Positions 17,480-27,752 of a DNA stretch of 59,647 bases are shown one piece after another. Each line of letters begins with the position of its first letter. Position 1 is the first letter of the stretch. The notes beneath the pieces were generated by a model that worked only from the letters and a program-made list of their open reading frames with translations, did no database searches and was not told where the DNA came from. A program made the position numbers and the translations under genes. Source of the DNA: Nitrososphaerota archaeon (GTDB lineage Archaea > Thermoproteota > EX4484-205 > JAAOZP01); contig JAAOZP010000005.1 of the NCBI GenBank assembly GCA_011605725.1, positions 1 through 59,647 on the forward strand, given 5' to 3'.

Positions 17480-20038
17480 TTAGGTCCTCTCGATATTGTA
17501 TGTTAAGACTGCTTTTCTCACGCATTCTAGGATGACACGATAATGTTCTGGGCTCACAAACACGTTTCTTCTTATGTTAACCTGCAAATTAAAATGAGCA
17601 GCTTCCTTATAAAGCCTTATTGTCATGTCGAATGGAAATAGATTATAGTTTACTTGGTAAAAGTATAGTCTTTCTTCAGGTTTGATTTTAGCATATTTCA
17701 CTTCAACTTTTATATTCGGGTTTTCAGATTCCATAACGCTTGACATTCTTCCTCGCAAGAATTCATCTATTTTTAGGATTTCATCCATTTGTATTATTAA
17801 TGGTAATTGATGCGTTATTCCTTCTCTGGTAATGCTTTCCAACGGCTTCCATTTGTATAATAAGCTGGGAGTAGTTCTCGAATATACTTTGCTAGCGGGA
17901 AAATACCCACCCAATAGGCTTACGAGAATCATGAGAGCTATAACAATTGCTTGATAGCTTAAGCCAGATTTGATGTAGGTGCTCATCGAAATAGGGAATA
18001 AAATAGCACCCATGAAGTAGCCGAGAAAACCTGCTGCCGATTCAGCCAGCGTTAATTGGATGAGAACAAGTCTTTTTAGGTCTGTTGGATTAAGGCCGAG
18101 AATAGCCAGGGTTCTAAGGTCTGACGTTCTTTCATTGAGCATTTGAAAAGTCACCATGAAGCTGAGAAGCGTTGACAGTGATATTGGAACCATAGCGTCG
18201 ATTAAGCCATGGGTGAAAAAGGCCTCGGAGTACCTTATTCCAAGCGCCGTTCCGTTTTGTATGAGCCAAACAGTATATCTCTGAGTTACCCTGTTGAGAG
18301 CTAATGATACTGCCAACTCCTCCAGCTTCGCCGGATCAACATTCTCGCCGAATAACACGGAAAGCCTCGTAATTGGAGTTTGTCCATTCCACACGCATAT
18401 CATTACGTCGTGAAAACCATAATCGCCATAGGGGTTATGAACGCTTATCTTTAGTAAATCTCCTCCGTTTAATTCTTTTACATTAGTTAACATTTCGCCG
18501 TTTAAGAGTCCGACTATCTTATAAGTCCCTAGAACTCTATAGCCTACGTGTGGAATATAACCGTAGTAGGCGACTTCATCTCCTAGATTAACGTTGAGCA
18601 ACCTTGCTTTATCGTAACATAGGAGGGCCTCGTTCTCATTAAGTGGGCACCTTCCTTCGACGAGTGCCTCAGGTATTCTATAAGTCTTATTCATAACGTC
18701 CTTGTTAAGAAATATTCTACAGGCCATTTGGACTTTGATGCTTTCATTCTTCAAGTTTGTCAAGAAAAAGTATCCGTGGGCTTTAACAGTCGCTGTTTCT
18801 ACCGCCGGCAATCCTACTACCGCGTCATCAATAAAAACTTGTGAAATACCAGTTGTTCCCGTGAGCGAGACAATCCAAGAGTAATCCTCGTCTAGAATGC
18901 CGATAGGGCTTTCAATGGTGATTGCATTAAAACTGTGCGTAACCTTTACTGTCTGCACGTTTTTCACATACGCTGTTCCTAAAGTCAACAAGAACACGAG
19001 TGAGCCTGTGACAAAAGAGCTTGCAAGAATTAGAGATGTATACCTGAAAGCCCTGCGACGGATGTCGCGGACTGCTAACATAAGGATCGAGGAAAGCCGT
19101 CTAACTCCAATAAGGTCCTTGGCTTTTTCAATTAGAAACATTGATGAAACGAAAGTTGAAACGAGTAGAAGTGCGTAAATAATACTGTTGAATAGGCGGT
19201 TCTCTGGAGTTAAACCGAAAAACAAGAGTTTTACATCGGGTGCGAAGGATATAAAGAAAAGCCAAGAGAGTGAAAATGTAACCACCGCGATGATGGCTTT
19301 TCCTAATCTGGACTCGGAAGCCAGATTACCCATAAAGATCGCAAAAAAGACGGAGATTGCATACAATATTGTAAATGAAACCGGTGCAAACGTGGTTAGT
19401 CTTGCTATCTGATTGTCGACAGTGTTTTTAACCATAAGAATCTTGCGATGATACATTATAGCAGTTAAGTAGTCACCGGCCTTAGCATAAGATATTCCTT
19501 CCTCAACCATGTTCTTTACAACTGAGGCAGTAAATTGAGGGATGAAACCTTCCTCAACCATTCCAGATATTTTCGATTTTAGCTCTGAAGCTATTTCCCA
19601 CATCCTATTAGAGTAAATCTCGTATTTAAGGTCTAGAACTAAGACTTCCCCGGGCTCAAGCCAGTAATAGTTACTATTATTTGAAAGTCTGTAAAAATCG
19701 GTCATCCACCATTGAGATTCGACTGTGACACTGAACTTAACACGTGAAAAACGATTCTCAATCATTACTGTTATGTTATCAGGTTTACTGTTTGCCGATA
19801 CCACGTAGCTCTTTTGAAACAAGGAGTCTTCAGTGAAAAAGAGCAATTGAATACTGAGGGAATCCCATTTTTTGAAAGGGTCGTCTAAATTCACAATGAC
19901 AATAGTGCTCGAGCCCTCCTCTTCCAATGAGGCTTCACCATGAACCTTACCGTTGGTTAAACAGAGGATATGGATGCTGATGAATAATAGTGCCATAATA
20001 AGCTTAGTGTTAAAGGCTTTTAGCATAGCTTTTCTCAA
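17480..20038 (-). CDS. Large FtsX/MacB-type permease
   Basis: Signal peptide, ectodomain, TM bundle, AVRDIRRRAFR, MacB-like loop, ERTSDLRTLAILGLNP, C-terminal TPSLLYKWKP domain. Confidence 0.8.
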   Translation of the reverse strand: MRKAMLKAFNTKLIMALLFISIHILCLTNGKVHGEASLEEEGSSTIVIVNLDDPFKKWDSLSIQLLFFTEDSLFQKSYVVSANSKPDNITVMIENRFSRVKFSVTVESQWWMTDFYRLSNNSNYYWLEPGEVLVLDLKYEIYSNRMWEIASELKSKISGMVEEGFIPQFTASVVKNMVEEGISYAKAGDYLTAIMYHRKILMVKNTVDNQIARLTTFAPVSFTILYAISVFFAIFMGNLASESRLGKAIIAVVTFSLSWLFFISFAPDVKLLFFGLTPENRLFNSIIYALLLVSTFVSSMFLIEKAKDLIGVRRLSSILMLAVRDIRRRAFRYTSLILASSFVTGSLVFLLTLGTAYVKNVQTVKVTHSFNAITIESPIGILDEDYSWIVSLTGTTGISQVFIDDAVVGLPAVETATVKAHGYFFLTNLKNESIKVQMACRIFLNKDVMNKTYRIPEALVEGRCPLNENEALLCYDKARLLNVNLGDEVAYYGYIPHVGYRVLGTYKIVGLLNGEMLTNVKELNGGDLLKISVHNPYGDYGFHDVMICVWNGQTPITRLSVLFGENVDPAKLEELAVSLALNRVTQRYTVWLIQNGTALGIRYSEAFFTHGLIDAMVPISLSTLLSFMVTFQMLNERTSDLRTLAILGLNPTDLKRLVLIQLTLAESAAGFLGYFMGAILFPISMSTYIKSGLSYQAIVIALMILVSLLGGYFPASKVYSRTTPSLLYKWKPLESITREGITHQLPLIIQMDEILKIDEFLRGRMSSVMESENPNIKVEVKYAKIKPEERLYFYQVNYNLFPFDMTIRLYKEAAHFNLQVNIRRNVFVSPEHYRVILECVRKAVLTYNIERT

Positions 20039-20132
20039 CAGCCTTAGTTAAAAACTTTTAACACTCAATATAAAAAATTTACCCATATTTTACCCAAAAG
20101 TTTATCAGTATTAAATTATACACTAATATACG

Positions 20133-22226
20133 GTGAAAAAGATGGAGAAAAAGGCGTTTACTCCAGGCCTAACACCAAAGTCACTCGTCATCCTCCTTGT
20201 CCTCATCGTTTTGATGAGCATAACGCAAACCTTCATATATTTCGCCACGGGAGTTGCCGATTTTGCAAACTATTGGAACGATGAGCATCGATGCGGCCTC
20301 TTGTTTAAAGGAATAGGCTGGTGGTTCCTCACGTTCGCCATATTAACAGCCGTAACCGGAAAAGTTGCCCTGAGTAAGCAGGAGTCTGTAGTTATCTTGG
20401 CGTCAAGCTTCATAATAGGGTCTGAGATAGGTCCATTGATAGCGGGTGTGATCATGTCTGTGCCTTTCGGCGCAAACGACCCTGCTGTGTCTCAATACGT
20501 AAAGTACCTGCCGGAATGGTACAGGGTCCCGCCCGAGGCTTCAGACTTCTTCCTAAGAGGGGGACCAGTTAGATGGGATCTCATAGCGGGACCGTTCGTC
20601 GGGTGGGTTGTAGTCATAATCATATGGCAACTATTCCAGTATTCCATGGCTCTAGTAGCACGGCGTACGGTGATAGATGTTGAGAAGCTTCCATTCCCAT
20701 GGGCTCAGCCGGCCAGCATATTGCTCGATCATTGCACAAGAACGGAAGACGGGAAACCCGTACTTATGAAGATGGGGAATCCAGTAATAAAGCGGATTTG
20801 GGCAGGTGTTGCAATAGGTATCATACTGTACCTTATCTTCATACCCAGGTTCTGGATACCCGACTTCCCGGTGCCGATGGACCCGGAGTACCACTGCACC
20901 TCGCCTGTTCACCCATGGCTGTTTGACAAGAGGGGTGCTTGGGTCACTACAATTCCATGGTTCCAGTTCTACCTTAGCGTGCAGCCGGAACTAGTTGCCT
21001 CAACCTTCTTCTTCCCAATGGACGTGCTCTGGACCGTCAGTGGCCTATACTTGATTCTTACAGTAATACTTCCTCCGATCGTTGCGCCTCTAGGCTGGCA
21101 GGGAAGAGACTACGGTGGAACCCCATGGTGGGTGAAAATACCTGACGCAGGGTCCTGGTGCACCATTTGGATGGACTTGTCTCAATATCCTATAAACATC
21201 CTGTTTGCCTTCTTCGCCGGCATCGTCTTCTACGGCTTGTTCAGGTTCATCTGGAACTGGAGGTCTTTCAAGGATTCCTTCATGGGCTTGCTGGGGAAAC
21301 CAGTATCCGGGGAGGAGAACGAGCCTATTCCTATCCGGTACATATGGTTGATGTTCATCGGCTTAGGAATACTGTCATTAATCATGCTGGTCGTAGGCTT
21401 TGAGATGACTGTTGGAGTAGCATTAATCACGATTCTCTTCGCCCTGATGTACTGGTATTCAAACGTTCGTCTAGTCGGCGAAGCCGGTCCATCAAACTAT
21501 TGGGCTGGAGGAGGAGAGTTCGCTAACATTGTACCCTATTTAGGCTATAAGCTGGGCCTGATGCAGGAGAAGACTATAGGTGCAGCAAGCAGCATGCTTT
21601 TTGCAAACAACTATATTGCGGGATACATATCGTCAGCATCGTTCGCCGGCTTCGGCCTCGCAGGCTACAGTATAGCAAGGGATACTGGCACGCGTCCGAG
21701 AGACATATTCATCGCTCAAGTGCTGACGATAATCATAGGGCTGGCGGTCACCTACGTTTTCGCGCTCATCTCCATATCCTCATTAGGCTGGACGGTGAAG
21801 TATAAAGGGAAACCGACTTGGACAACTCCCTGGGTTTCATGGTTCGGCGGTGTTGCGGAGAACCCCAAGGGGACAATAGATTGGTTTGAAGCACCCGCAG
21901 CCGGACAGCCATGGTATACGAACACCGCGACTGCTTGGCTGGTTGGCGGCATCCTGTTCTTCGTATTGATGGTTGCGAGAAGCCTCTTCGCATGGTGGCC
22001 ATTAAACCCTGTCGGATTCCTGATCTTCGGCCTGTATAACACGATAAAGTACTCGCCTGCCATACTTGTAACGACAATCCTTAAGTATACTGTGGTGAAA
22101 ATAGGGGGTACGCCGCTCTATGAGAAGGCTACACACTTCGCGGCCGGAGTCATAGCTGGATCCCTAATAGGAAGAGTAATACTCGGACTCATAGGCTATG
22201 TGACTGGACTACCACTCGTATACTAG
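20133..22226 (+). CDS. OPT-superfamily-like polytopic membrane protein (DUF6785/DUF6784-like)
   Basis: Many TM helices; DVEKLPFP OPT-like motif; C-terminal WWPLNPVG..K...GG..LYEK...F..G.I.G. Confidence 0.75.
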   Translation: MKKMEKKAFTPGLTPKSLVILLVLIVLMSITQTFIYFATGVADFANYWNDEHRCGLLFKGIGWWFLTFAILTAVTGKVALSKQESVVILASSFIIGSEIGPLIAGVIMSVPFGANDPAVSQYVKYLPEWYRVPPEASDFFLRGGPVRWDLIAGPFVGWVVVIIIWQLFQYSMALVARRTVIDVEKLPFPWAQPASILLDHCTRTEDGKPVLMKMGNPVIKRIWAGVAIGIILYLIFIPRFWIPDFPVPMDPEYHCTSPVHPWLFDKRGAWVTTIPWFQFYLSVQPELVASTFFFPMDVLWTVSGLYLILTVILPPIVAPLGWQGRDYGGTPWWVKIPDAGSWCTIWMDLSQYPINILFAFFAGIVFYGLFRFIWNWRSFKDSFMGLLGKPVSGEENEPIPIRYIWLMFIGLGILSLIMLVVGFEMTVGVALITILFALMYWYSNVRLVGEAGPSNYWAGGGEFANIVPYLGYKLGLMQEKTIGAASSMLFANNYIAGYISSASFAGFGLAGYSIARDTGTRPRDIFIAQVLTIIIGLAVTYVFALISISSLGWTVKYKGKPTWTTPWVSWFGGVAENPKGTIDWFEAPAAGQPWYTNTATAWLVGGILFFVLMVARSLFAWWPLNPVGFLIFGLYNTIKYSPAILVTTILKYTVVKIGGTPLYEKATHFAAGVIAGSLIGRVILGLIGYVTGLPLVY

Positions 22227-22240
22227 CGGTGCTATCAAAC

Positions 22241-22256
22241 TTTTTTTTTACTTTTT
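22241..22256 (+). terminator. Archaeal oligo-T terminator
   Basis: T9-AC-T5 shortly after the stop of the OPT-like gene, between convergent genes. Confidence 0.6.
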
Positions 22257-22954
22257 CAAGTGGTTGTCATCAAATCTGGGTAGAGTTGTTTAACTTCTTC
22301 TCTTAACACGCGAAGTATTGCGTTAAACAGACAGACTACGTCTTCAACTTTCCTGTTTACACCAGGAATTCGGTCGAACTGCGTATCCAACGCGATAAGC
22401 CAGGTTATTCCAGTCGGCTTTCTGTAGAATTCCTTAACGAGGCTGAGAAGGAAATTCTCCGATTCTGTTAAAGACGGGTATTCTGAAGGAATCGAGTGGA
22501 GCCCAATCGTTAAACCGTCTGGATTAACCCTTTTCACGAGCCTCATAACCTCTTCGTCCCGGTTTAGAATACTTGCAAGCTCGTCAGAAATCTGTAGGTC
22601 AGCAATATGGAGACGGAGCTCTTTTAAAAACGGGTTTATTTTAAAAACCCCTTTTCTCGGGAGCAATCCCTCCCATTCCAGTAAGCATTCCATGCCTTTA
22701 AGCTTCCTATAAAGGTCCTCTAAAGCCGTATTCATGCTGCTTCCTCCTAAGGCATCATGAAGAACGCTTATACGCCAAGCTGTGTCAAAAAAGCCGGCCG
22801 GCCTCCGTTGGAATATGAGATAGTTACAGGGGATTTCCTTCGGAGTAACATATATCAAACCTCCGATGATTCTCCAGTCCTTCACGTATCTCCGAAAGAG
22901 ATTAACTATGTGGGGCGTCTCGAAAACAGACTTTTTTCCTACTTTAAATTGCAC
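22256..22954 (-). CDS. Hypothetical soluble protein
   Basis: 232-aa ORF filling the gap between transport genes; no recognised motif. Confidence 0.65.
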   Translation of the reverse strand: MQFKVGKKSVFETPHIVNLFRRYVKDWRIIGGLIYVTPKEIPCNYLIFQRRPAGFFDTAWRISVLHDALGGSSMNTALEDLYRKLKGMECLLEWEGLLPRKGVFKINPFLKELRLHIADLQISDELASILNRDEEVMRLVKRVNPDGLTIGLHSIPSEYPSLTESENFLLSLVKEFYRKPTGITWLIALDTQFDRIPGVNRKVEDVVCLFNAILRVLREEVKQLYPDLMTTT

Positions 22955-23060
22955 GCTGAATATGTTTCATGAATTCGTATTTAAAGCTTCTTATTTAACT
23001 AACTGTCATCATCGAGCAAAATATTTATTAAGATGTGGTTCAGTTATCTACATACCGTAT

Positions 23061-26000
23061 ATGATACCCTTGCCAAAAAACGTGTGTTATAAATTATTAG
23101 TCACTACCTTATTCACAATATTGATTTTCGTCAATTCTTTAAATACTATGTCTGTTTTAGCAGATAGTGCAAACGGTTTTAAGAGTGTAAGGGAGATAGC
23201 GGACGCAGGTCTAATCGAGAAGCTTGTAAGCTTCATAGACTATGAAAGGGTCGAGAGCCACATTAGGAAGCTCTCCTCCATCTCAAGGTTCACCGGATAT
23301 CCGGGTTGTCTCGAAGCTGCGGATTATATTAAGAGTCAACTCGAAAGCTACGGTTTGAAACCGTTCTTCCAAAACTATAGTGTTATTGTTCCGGTTGACG
23401 GAGGCGCTACACTAACTACTTTAGACCAGAATCCTCTGACATTAAAAATATACCCTATGCTTCCAAACCTTGCCTGTCCTCCAGCTACTCCAGGCTTGGA
23501 GGGACGTTTAGTCTACGCTGGAAAAGGAACTCTTAAGGAGCTCAATGGGCTTCCTTTGAATGGAAGTGTAGTTATGCTTGATTTTAATTCGGGATACAAC
23601 TGGCTTGACGCTGCACAGTTCGGAGCAAAAGCATTCCTGTTTATAGAACCGGATGAAACTAAGAGTTATGAAGCGGAGTCTAAGCGGATATATGCTCCGG
23701 TGAACATTCCTAGGTTCTACATTTTAAGGGAAGAGGCTGAAAAACTGCTGCAAAGACTTAATGAGGCTGGCCCTCAAGGCCTATCGGTGTTTATTCAGTC
23801 TAAGATGACTTGGGAAACTAAGGAGGCACAAAACGTCATCGCGCTTGTAAAAGGGCAGTTGAATGAAACAATCGCTATTTTCTCTTTCTACGACGCGTTT
23901 TCTCCAGTTCCTTTTCTTGCGTATGATGCTGATGCTGCCTCTGGAGTTGCAATCTGGCTGGAGATAGCCAGGTATTTCAGCATTAATAAGCCTCTTAGGA
24001 ATGTTTTATTCGTATCTTTCTCCGGACATTTTCAGACTCTGGCAGGTGGGAGAGCTTTTGTAGATGAATACATCTTCGGTGAAAAACCAGATCCAGTATT
24101 GGGCTACAGGTATGGGAGAAATATAAAACTGGCCTTAGGACTGGATATATCGACGGATAGCCCGTCAGCCTGCATAGCCTGGGGAACATCCGCCGGTAAT
24201 TCTTTGATTCAGATAGGGAGGGCAGGATACGCTTACATCAGGGATGCTGTCAAGCCGATTTTCTACGAGGAGGCTCCTGGAGTACAAACACCCCGTGATG
24301 AAGAACTTACTAGCATACTTCAGGAGCCAATAAATAAAGGAAGCCTAGTATATTATGTGAATAGGATAATGGGAGAGAAGACCGGTTATCTATACATGAT
24401 AGGCGACAGAATTTCTCAAGTCAATGATTACATACCCATGTATCCGTTAGCCCGTACACCTTACATGAGGCTTGAGAGCCAGTTGATTGTGCAGGTTGGA
24501 GGCATAGGCTTGACTGTTCACACTTCAGTGGCGGATAGGATCCATTGGGGCCTACCCATAAGTAATTTGAATAAGGTCAATATGCGAAATCTTAGGCCTC
24601 AGGCCGAATTCAGCCTTTGTTTAGCATACCTCTACATCTGGCTTGATCCGCAAGTATTAAACCAGTACGTCAACATACCCGGGTGGACGAAGTGGGATGG
24701 TACAGGCTTAGGATGGCCAATTTTTGAGGGTAAAATATTAGAATTCGATAAGTCATTAGGAAAGTATGTTGAGGTGCCGAATGCATTAATAATGTTTTTC
24801 TCCTGGCGTACACCATACTTCGAAATTGTTTTAAAGAGCGATGAAAAAGGATCATATCGGGCAACAGGATTTCAGGGAGCAGTAGGCGGGTCTCCGGTAA
24901 CCAGTGGTGGAGGCTTCGTTTACTACGCGTTTGCTTTCGTCATAAACGAGACGAACGGAAATGTAGAGTATGCTCCAGACTCTGGTGTGTTTGGGGCTAT
25001 GTACGGCCAGTCTTTTCAATACTGGCTAAGGAGTATGGGAAAGGAAGTTGAACAGTTAAACATACCTGTATTTAAATGCGGCTCCATAGTCCTTCATGGT
25101 CTTCTAGATCCGAGACTGATGAACGTCAGAACTTCTTTCAAAACAAGGATTAACGATGCTTTCTCACATGCTGAGCTCATCGCCTTCTCAGACCCGTCAA
25201 TATTCACTGACTGCTATTTGAGAATGATGCAGGCGACAATAGCAACGGGGACACCTGCTGCAGAAAGCCCAAGTATAACAATGGTAGTATTCGTCCCACC
25301 TAGAACTCCAATCGAAGTGCTTCTATACATAGGTCCTACGCTCGTTGGAGCTTTCAATAACGGAGGGAATGGGTTTACGGTTGAACCTGGACGAGTTATC
25401 CGTAGGTTTGCTCCCATGCAGATCGCGTCTGATATCCTATTGCTAAACGAGAGGCGGCTTAATACTCTTCACACTCATGGAGTCTTCAGTATAATGAATG
25501 TGTCCGAAGCCCGTCAATCGGAGGCGTTGAGGTATCTTGAAATAGCATCCAATAGTCTCTCAAACCTGAACTATGAAGAATGCTCCTACTATATTTATAA
25601 GTCTTGGAACTATGTTGCAGAAAGTTATACGATGATTAAGGACATGTATCTTGATACCATAAATTCTGTTGCTTTCATCTCAGTACTCAGCCTTCTTTTT
25701 TCCATACTTTTAGAGAGGCTTATATTTTCCACAGGCGGTTTCAAGAGGGCTTTCATCATTATCTTCATATTCATTTCTATCACAACATTATGCTCAGTGC
25801 TTCACCCTGGTTACCTCCTCGCTTCAAACATAGGTTTAGAGCTGCTGGGCATTAGTGTAATATTGATGCTCATACCTGCAATCATGCTATTACTCAGCAT
25901 GGCAAGCCGCCAGTTATCTCAAATAAGGGAAGAGCGTAGAGGTATTGAAGCACCGGCAGTGGATAAGTTATCTGCCTTCATTCTCTCCCTTTCATATGGA

Positions 26001-27698
26001 GCGTCCAGTATGAGAAAACGTCCATTCAGAGTATCGCTAACATTATCGTCAATAATTGCAATAGCTTTTGCAATAAGTCTACTAACGAGCATAAGTTCTT
26101 ATTCTTGGACTAACATTATCCCGGAGAGCGTTGAAGCTGAGCTTATACCATATAACGGCTACATGTTAAGAACAACGGATTGGTCTCTTGCACAACAAGT
26201 GCCACAAGGCCTGTCCGTCACGCTCGTAAAGTATCTGGAGTCCCAGTTCCACGATGCGGTTGTAGCTCCCAGAGTTTTATCTCCGATTGTTTTCAACGTG
26301 CCTTGGTATAACCTGTTGTGGGTTGATGGCGTGCCAAAGAATATTACCAGTTCTCCGGTTCGCGCAATAATGGGCCTTTCTGTGGCTGAATCAAAGCTGG
26401 TGAACAATTGGAATAATTCTATCATGTCTGGGAGGTGGTTGGAGAGTGATGAAGGATTTGAATGCTTAGTCAGTTCTGACATAGCAACATACCTGGACAT
26501 AAAATTAAACCAAACAATAAGGTGGTCTGGTACTGAATTCAGAGTGGTGGGGATTTTTGATCCAAGTAAAATCGGGCGGGATATTGACGGGGAACCAATG
26601 ACGCCTAGAGATTTCCAAGCAATAATGCAAGCTGGCTCTGTGTCAAAAATTCTTCCACATGTGCCGCGTTTGAATAGCTCGTTCATCATAGTTCCGTGGA
26701 AGACGCTCTGGAAACTAGGTGGAGAAATCATGAGCATAGCGGTTAAACCTTCTAAGGTGGAGCCGGAGACTGCTGCCGCTTTGGCGCTTGAGACAGGTGC
26801 TCATGTATTCACCGTCGCGACTATTAATGGAAGACCAACTGTTCTCAAATATTCTAAAACTAACGTCATCACCACATCGGGCTTCGACTATCTTTTAATA
26901 CCCCTGGTAATAGGAACGCTTATCATAGCTAACACGATGCTGGGCGGAATATACGAGCGACGAAAAGACATATTCACTTTTTCAGTTGTCGGTTTGTCGT
27001 TAACACAAATTTTCTTCATGTTCATGGCTGAGGCTATCGTTTATGGAACCATAGGGGCATTCCTAGGGTATTTGGTTGCAATGAGCGTCGCGTTCTTTTC
27101 CTCTTATTTCCAGTGGGGTGTAGTCTTCAACTTTACTTCGGGTTACGTGATTTTAGCCCTCGCAATAGCGATGCTGGCGATACTCGTCGCGATGAGTCTT
27201 CCGTTTTTAAGCGTAGCCCAGATTGCTACTCCTTCTCTAGAAAGGAAGTGGAAGGTTCCTGCTCCAAAGGGTGATCACTGGGATGTTAGGTTTCCTTTCT
27301 TAATTGCAGAGGAGGAGTTCAATGGATTCCTGTTGTTTATGAAGGAATACATTGAAAACCAGAGCGGAGATGTGCTTGGTATTTATAATTTGAGAAGCAT
27401 AGAGGTAAAGACTGTTGAGGTTCCCAGTGGTGGCCAGGAGCGTGCATTACGGGCTTTAATGGATCTTCTTCCACCGGAGCTCGGCATATCTCAGGAAGTT
27501 TTAGTTGCAGGCACATGGGATCCGCAAAGGACCAGGTATAGTCTGCATGTTGTTACAAACCGGATTTCCGGGACTCCTGCAGACTGGATGAGAAGAAACA
27601 CGCTGGTATTGAACTTGCTCAGAAAACGTTTCCTCCTCTGGAAGAGCCTCACACCTAAAGAGAAATCTGCTTATTTAGAACGTGCACATGCGTTATGA
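23061..27698 (+). CDS. Giant FtsX/MacB-type permease with N-terminal PA and degenerate M28 peptidase-like ectodomain
   Basis: SRFTGYPG, GRLVYAGKG (PA), YDAFS...ADAASGVA..LEIAR (M28-like), MRKRPFRVSLT, YERRKDIFTFSVVGLS, ATPSLERKWK. ATG 23061 lies about 30 nt after TATA ATATTTATTA; the track start 22866 overlaps the divergent gene. Confidence 0.85.
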   Translation: MIPLPKNVCYKLLVTTLFTILIFVNSLNTMSVLADSANGFKSVREIADAGLIEKLVSFIDYERVESHIRKLSSISRFTGYPGCLEAADYIKSQLESYGLKPFFQNYSVIVPVDGGATLTTLDQNPLTLKIYPMLPNLACPPATPGLEGRLVYAGKGTLKELNGLPLNGSVVMLDFNSGYNWLDAAQFGAKAFLFIEPDETKSYEAESKRIYAPVNIPRFYILREEAEKLLQRLNEAGPQGLSVFIQSKMTWETKEAQNVIALVKGQLNETIAIFSFYDAFSPVPFLAYDADAASGVAIWLEIARYFSINKPLRNVLFVSFSGHFQTLAGGRAFVDEYIFGEKPDPVLGYRYGRNIKLALGLDISTDSPSACIAWGTSAGNSLIQIGRAGYAYIRDAVKPIFYEEAPGVQTPRDEELTSILQEPINKGSLVYYVNRIMGEKTGYLYMIGDRISQVNDYIPMYPLARTPYMRLESQLIVQVGGIGLTVHTSVADRIHWGLPISNLNKVNMRNLRPQAEFSLCLAYLYIWLDPQVLNQYVNIPGWTKWDGTGLGWPIFEGKILEFDKSLGKYVEVPNALIMFFSWRTPYFEIVLKSDEKGSYRATGFQGAVGGSPVTSGGGFVYYAFAFVINETNGNVEYAPDSGVFGAMYGQSFQYWLRSMGKEVEQLNIPVFKCGSIVLHGLLDPRLMNVRTSFKTRINDAFSHAELIAFSDPSIFTDCYLRMMQATIATGTPAAESPSITMVVFVPPRTPIEVLLYIGPTLVGAFNNGGNGFTVEPGRVIRRFAPMQIASDILLLNERRLNTLHTHGVFSIMNVSEARQSEALRYLEIASNSLSNLNYEECSYYIYKSWNYVAESYTMIKDMYLDTINSVAFISVLSLLFSILLERLIFSTGGFKRAFIIIFIFISITTLCSVLHPGYLLASNIGLELLGISVILMLIPAIMLLLSMASRQLSQIREERRGIEAPAVDKLSAFILSLSYGASSMRKRPFRVSLTLSSIIAIAFAISLLTSISSYSWTNIIPESVEAELIPYNGYMLRTTDWSLAQQVPQGLSVTLVKYLESQFHDAVVAPRVLSPIVFNVPWYNLLWVDGVPKNITSSPVRAIMGLSVAESKLVNNWNNSIMSGRWLESDEGFECLVSSDIATYLDIKLNQTIRWSGTEFRVVGIFDPSKIGRDIDGEPMTPRDFQAIMQAGSVSKILPHVPRLNSSFIIVPWKTLWKLGGEIMSIAVKPSKVEPETAAALALETGAHVFTVATINGRPTVLKYSKTNVITTSGFDYLLIPLVIGTLIIANTMLGGIYERRKDIFTFSVVGLSLTQIFFMFMAEAIVYGTIGAFLGYLVAMSVAFFSSYFQWGVVFNFTSGYVILALAIAMLAILVAMSLPFLSVAQIATPSLERKWKVPAPKGDHWDVRFPFLIAEEEFNGFLLFMKEYIENQSGDVLGIYNLRSIEVKTVEVPSGGQERALRALMDLLPPELGISQEVLVAGTWDPQRTRYSLHVVTNRISGTPADWMRRNTLVLNLLRKRFLLWKSLTPKEKSAYLERAHAL

Positions 27699-27752
27699 GA
27701 AGCAGCTTTGGACTGATAAAGTATATATATAGCTTTACTAAGATAATGTTTT

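Noticed and set aside
20078-20096. TTTACCCA direct repeat, 11-bp period, in the FtsX/OPT divergent promoter
   Set aside because: Not seen at the module's other promoters; too short in AT-rich context
22866-23060. N-terminal 65 codons of the 1610-aa ORF
   Set aside because: Overlaps the divergent gene and promoter; ATG 23061 with TATA and signal peptide is more plausible
26159-26737. 192-aa minus-strand ORF
   Set aside because: Antisense to the giant permease
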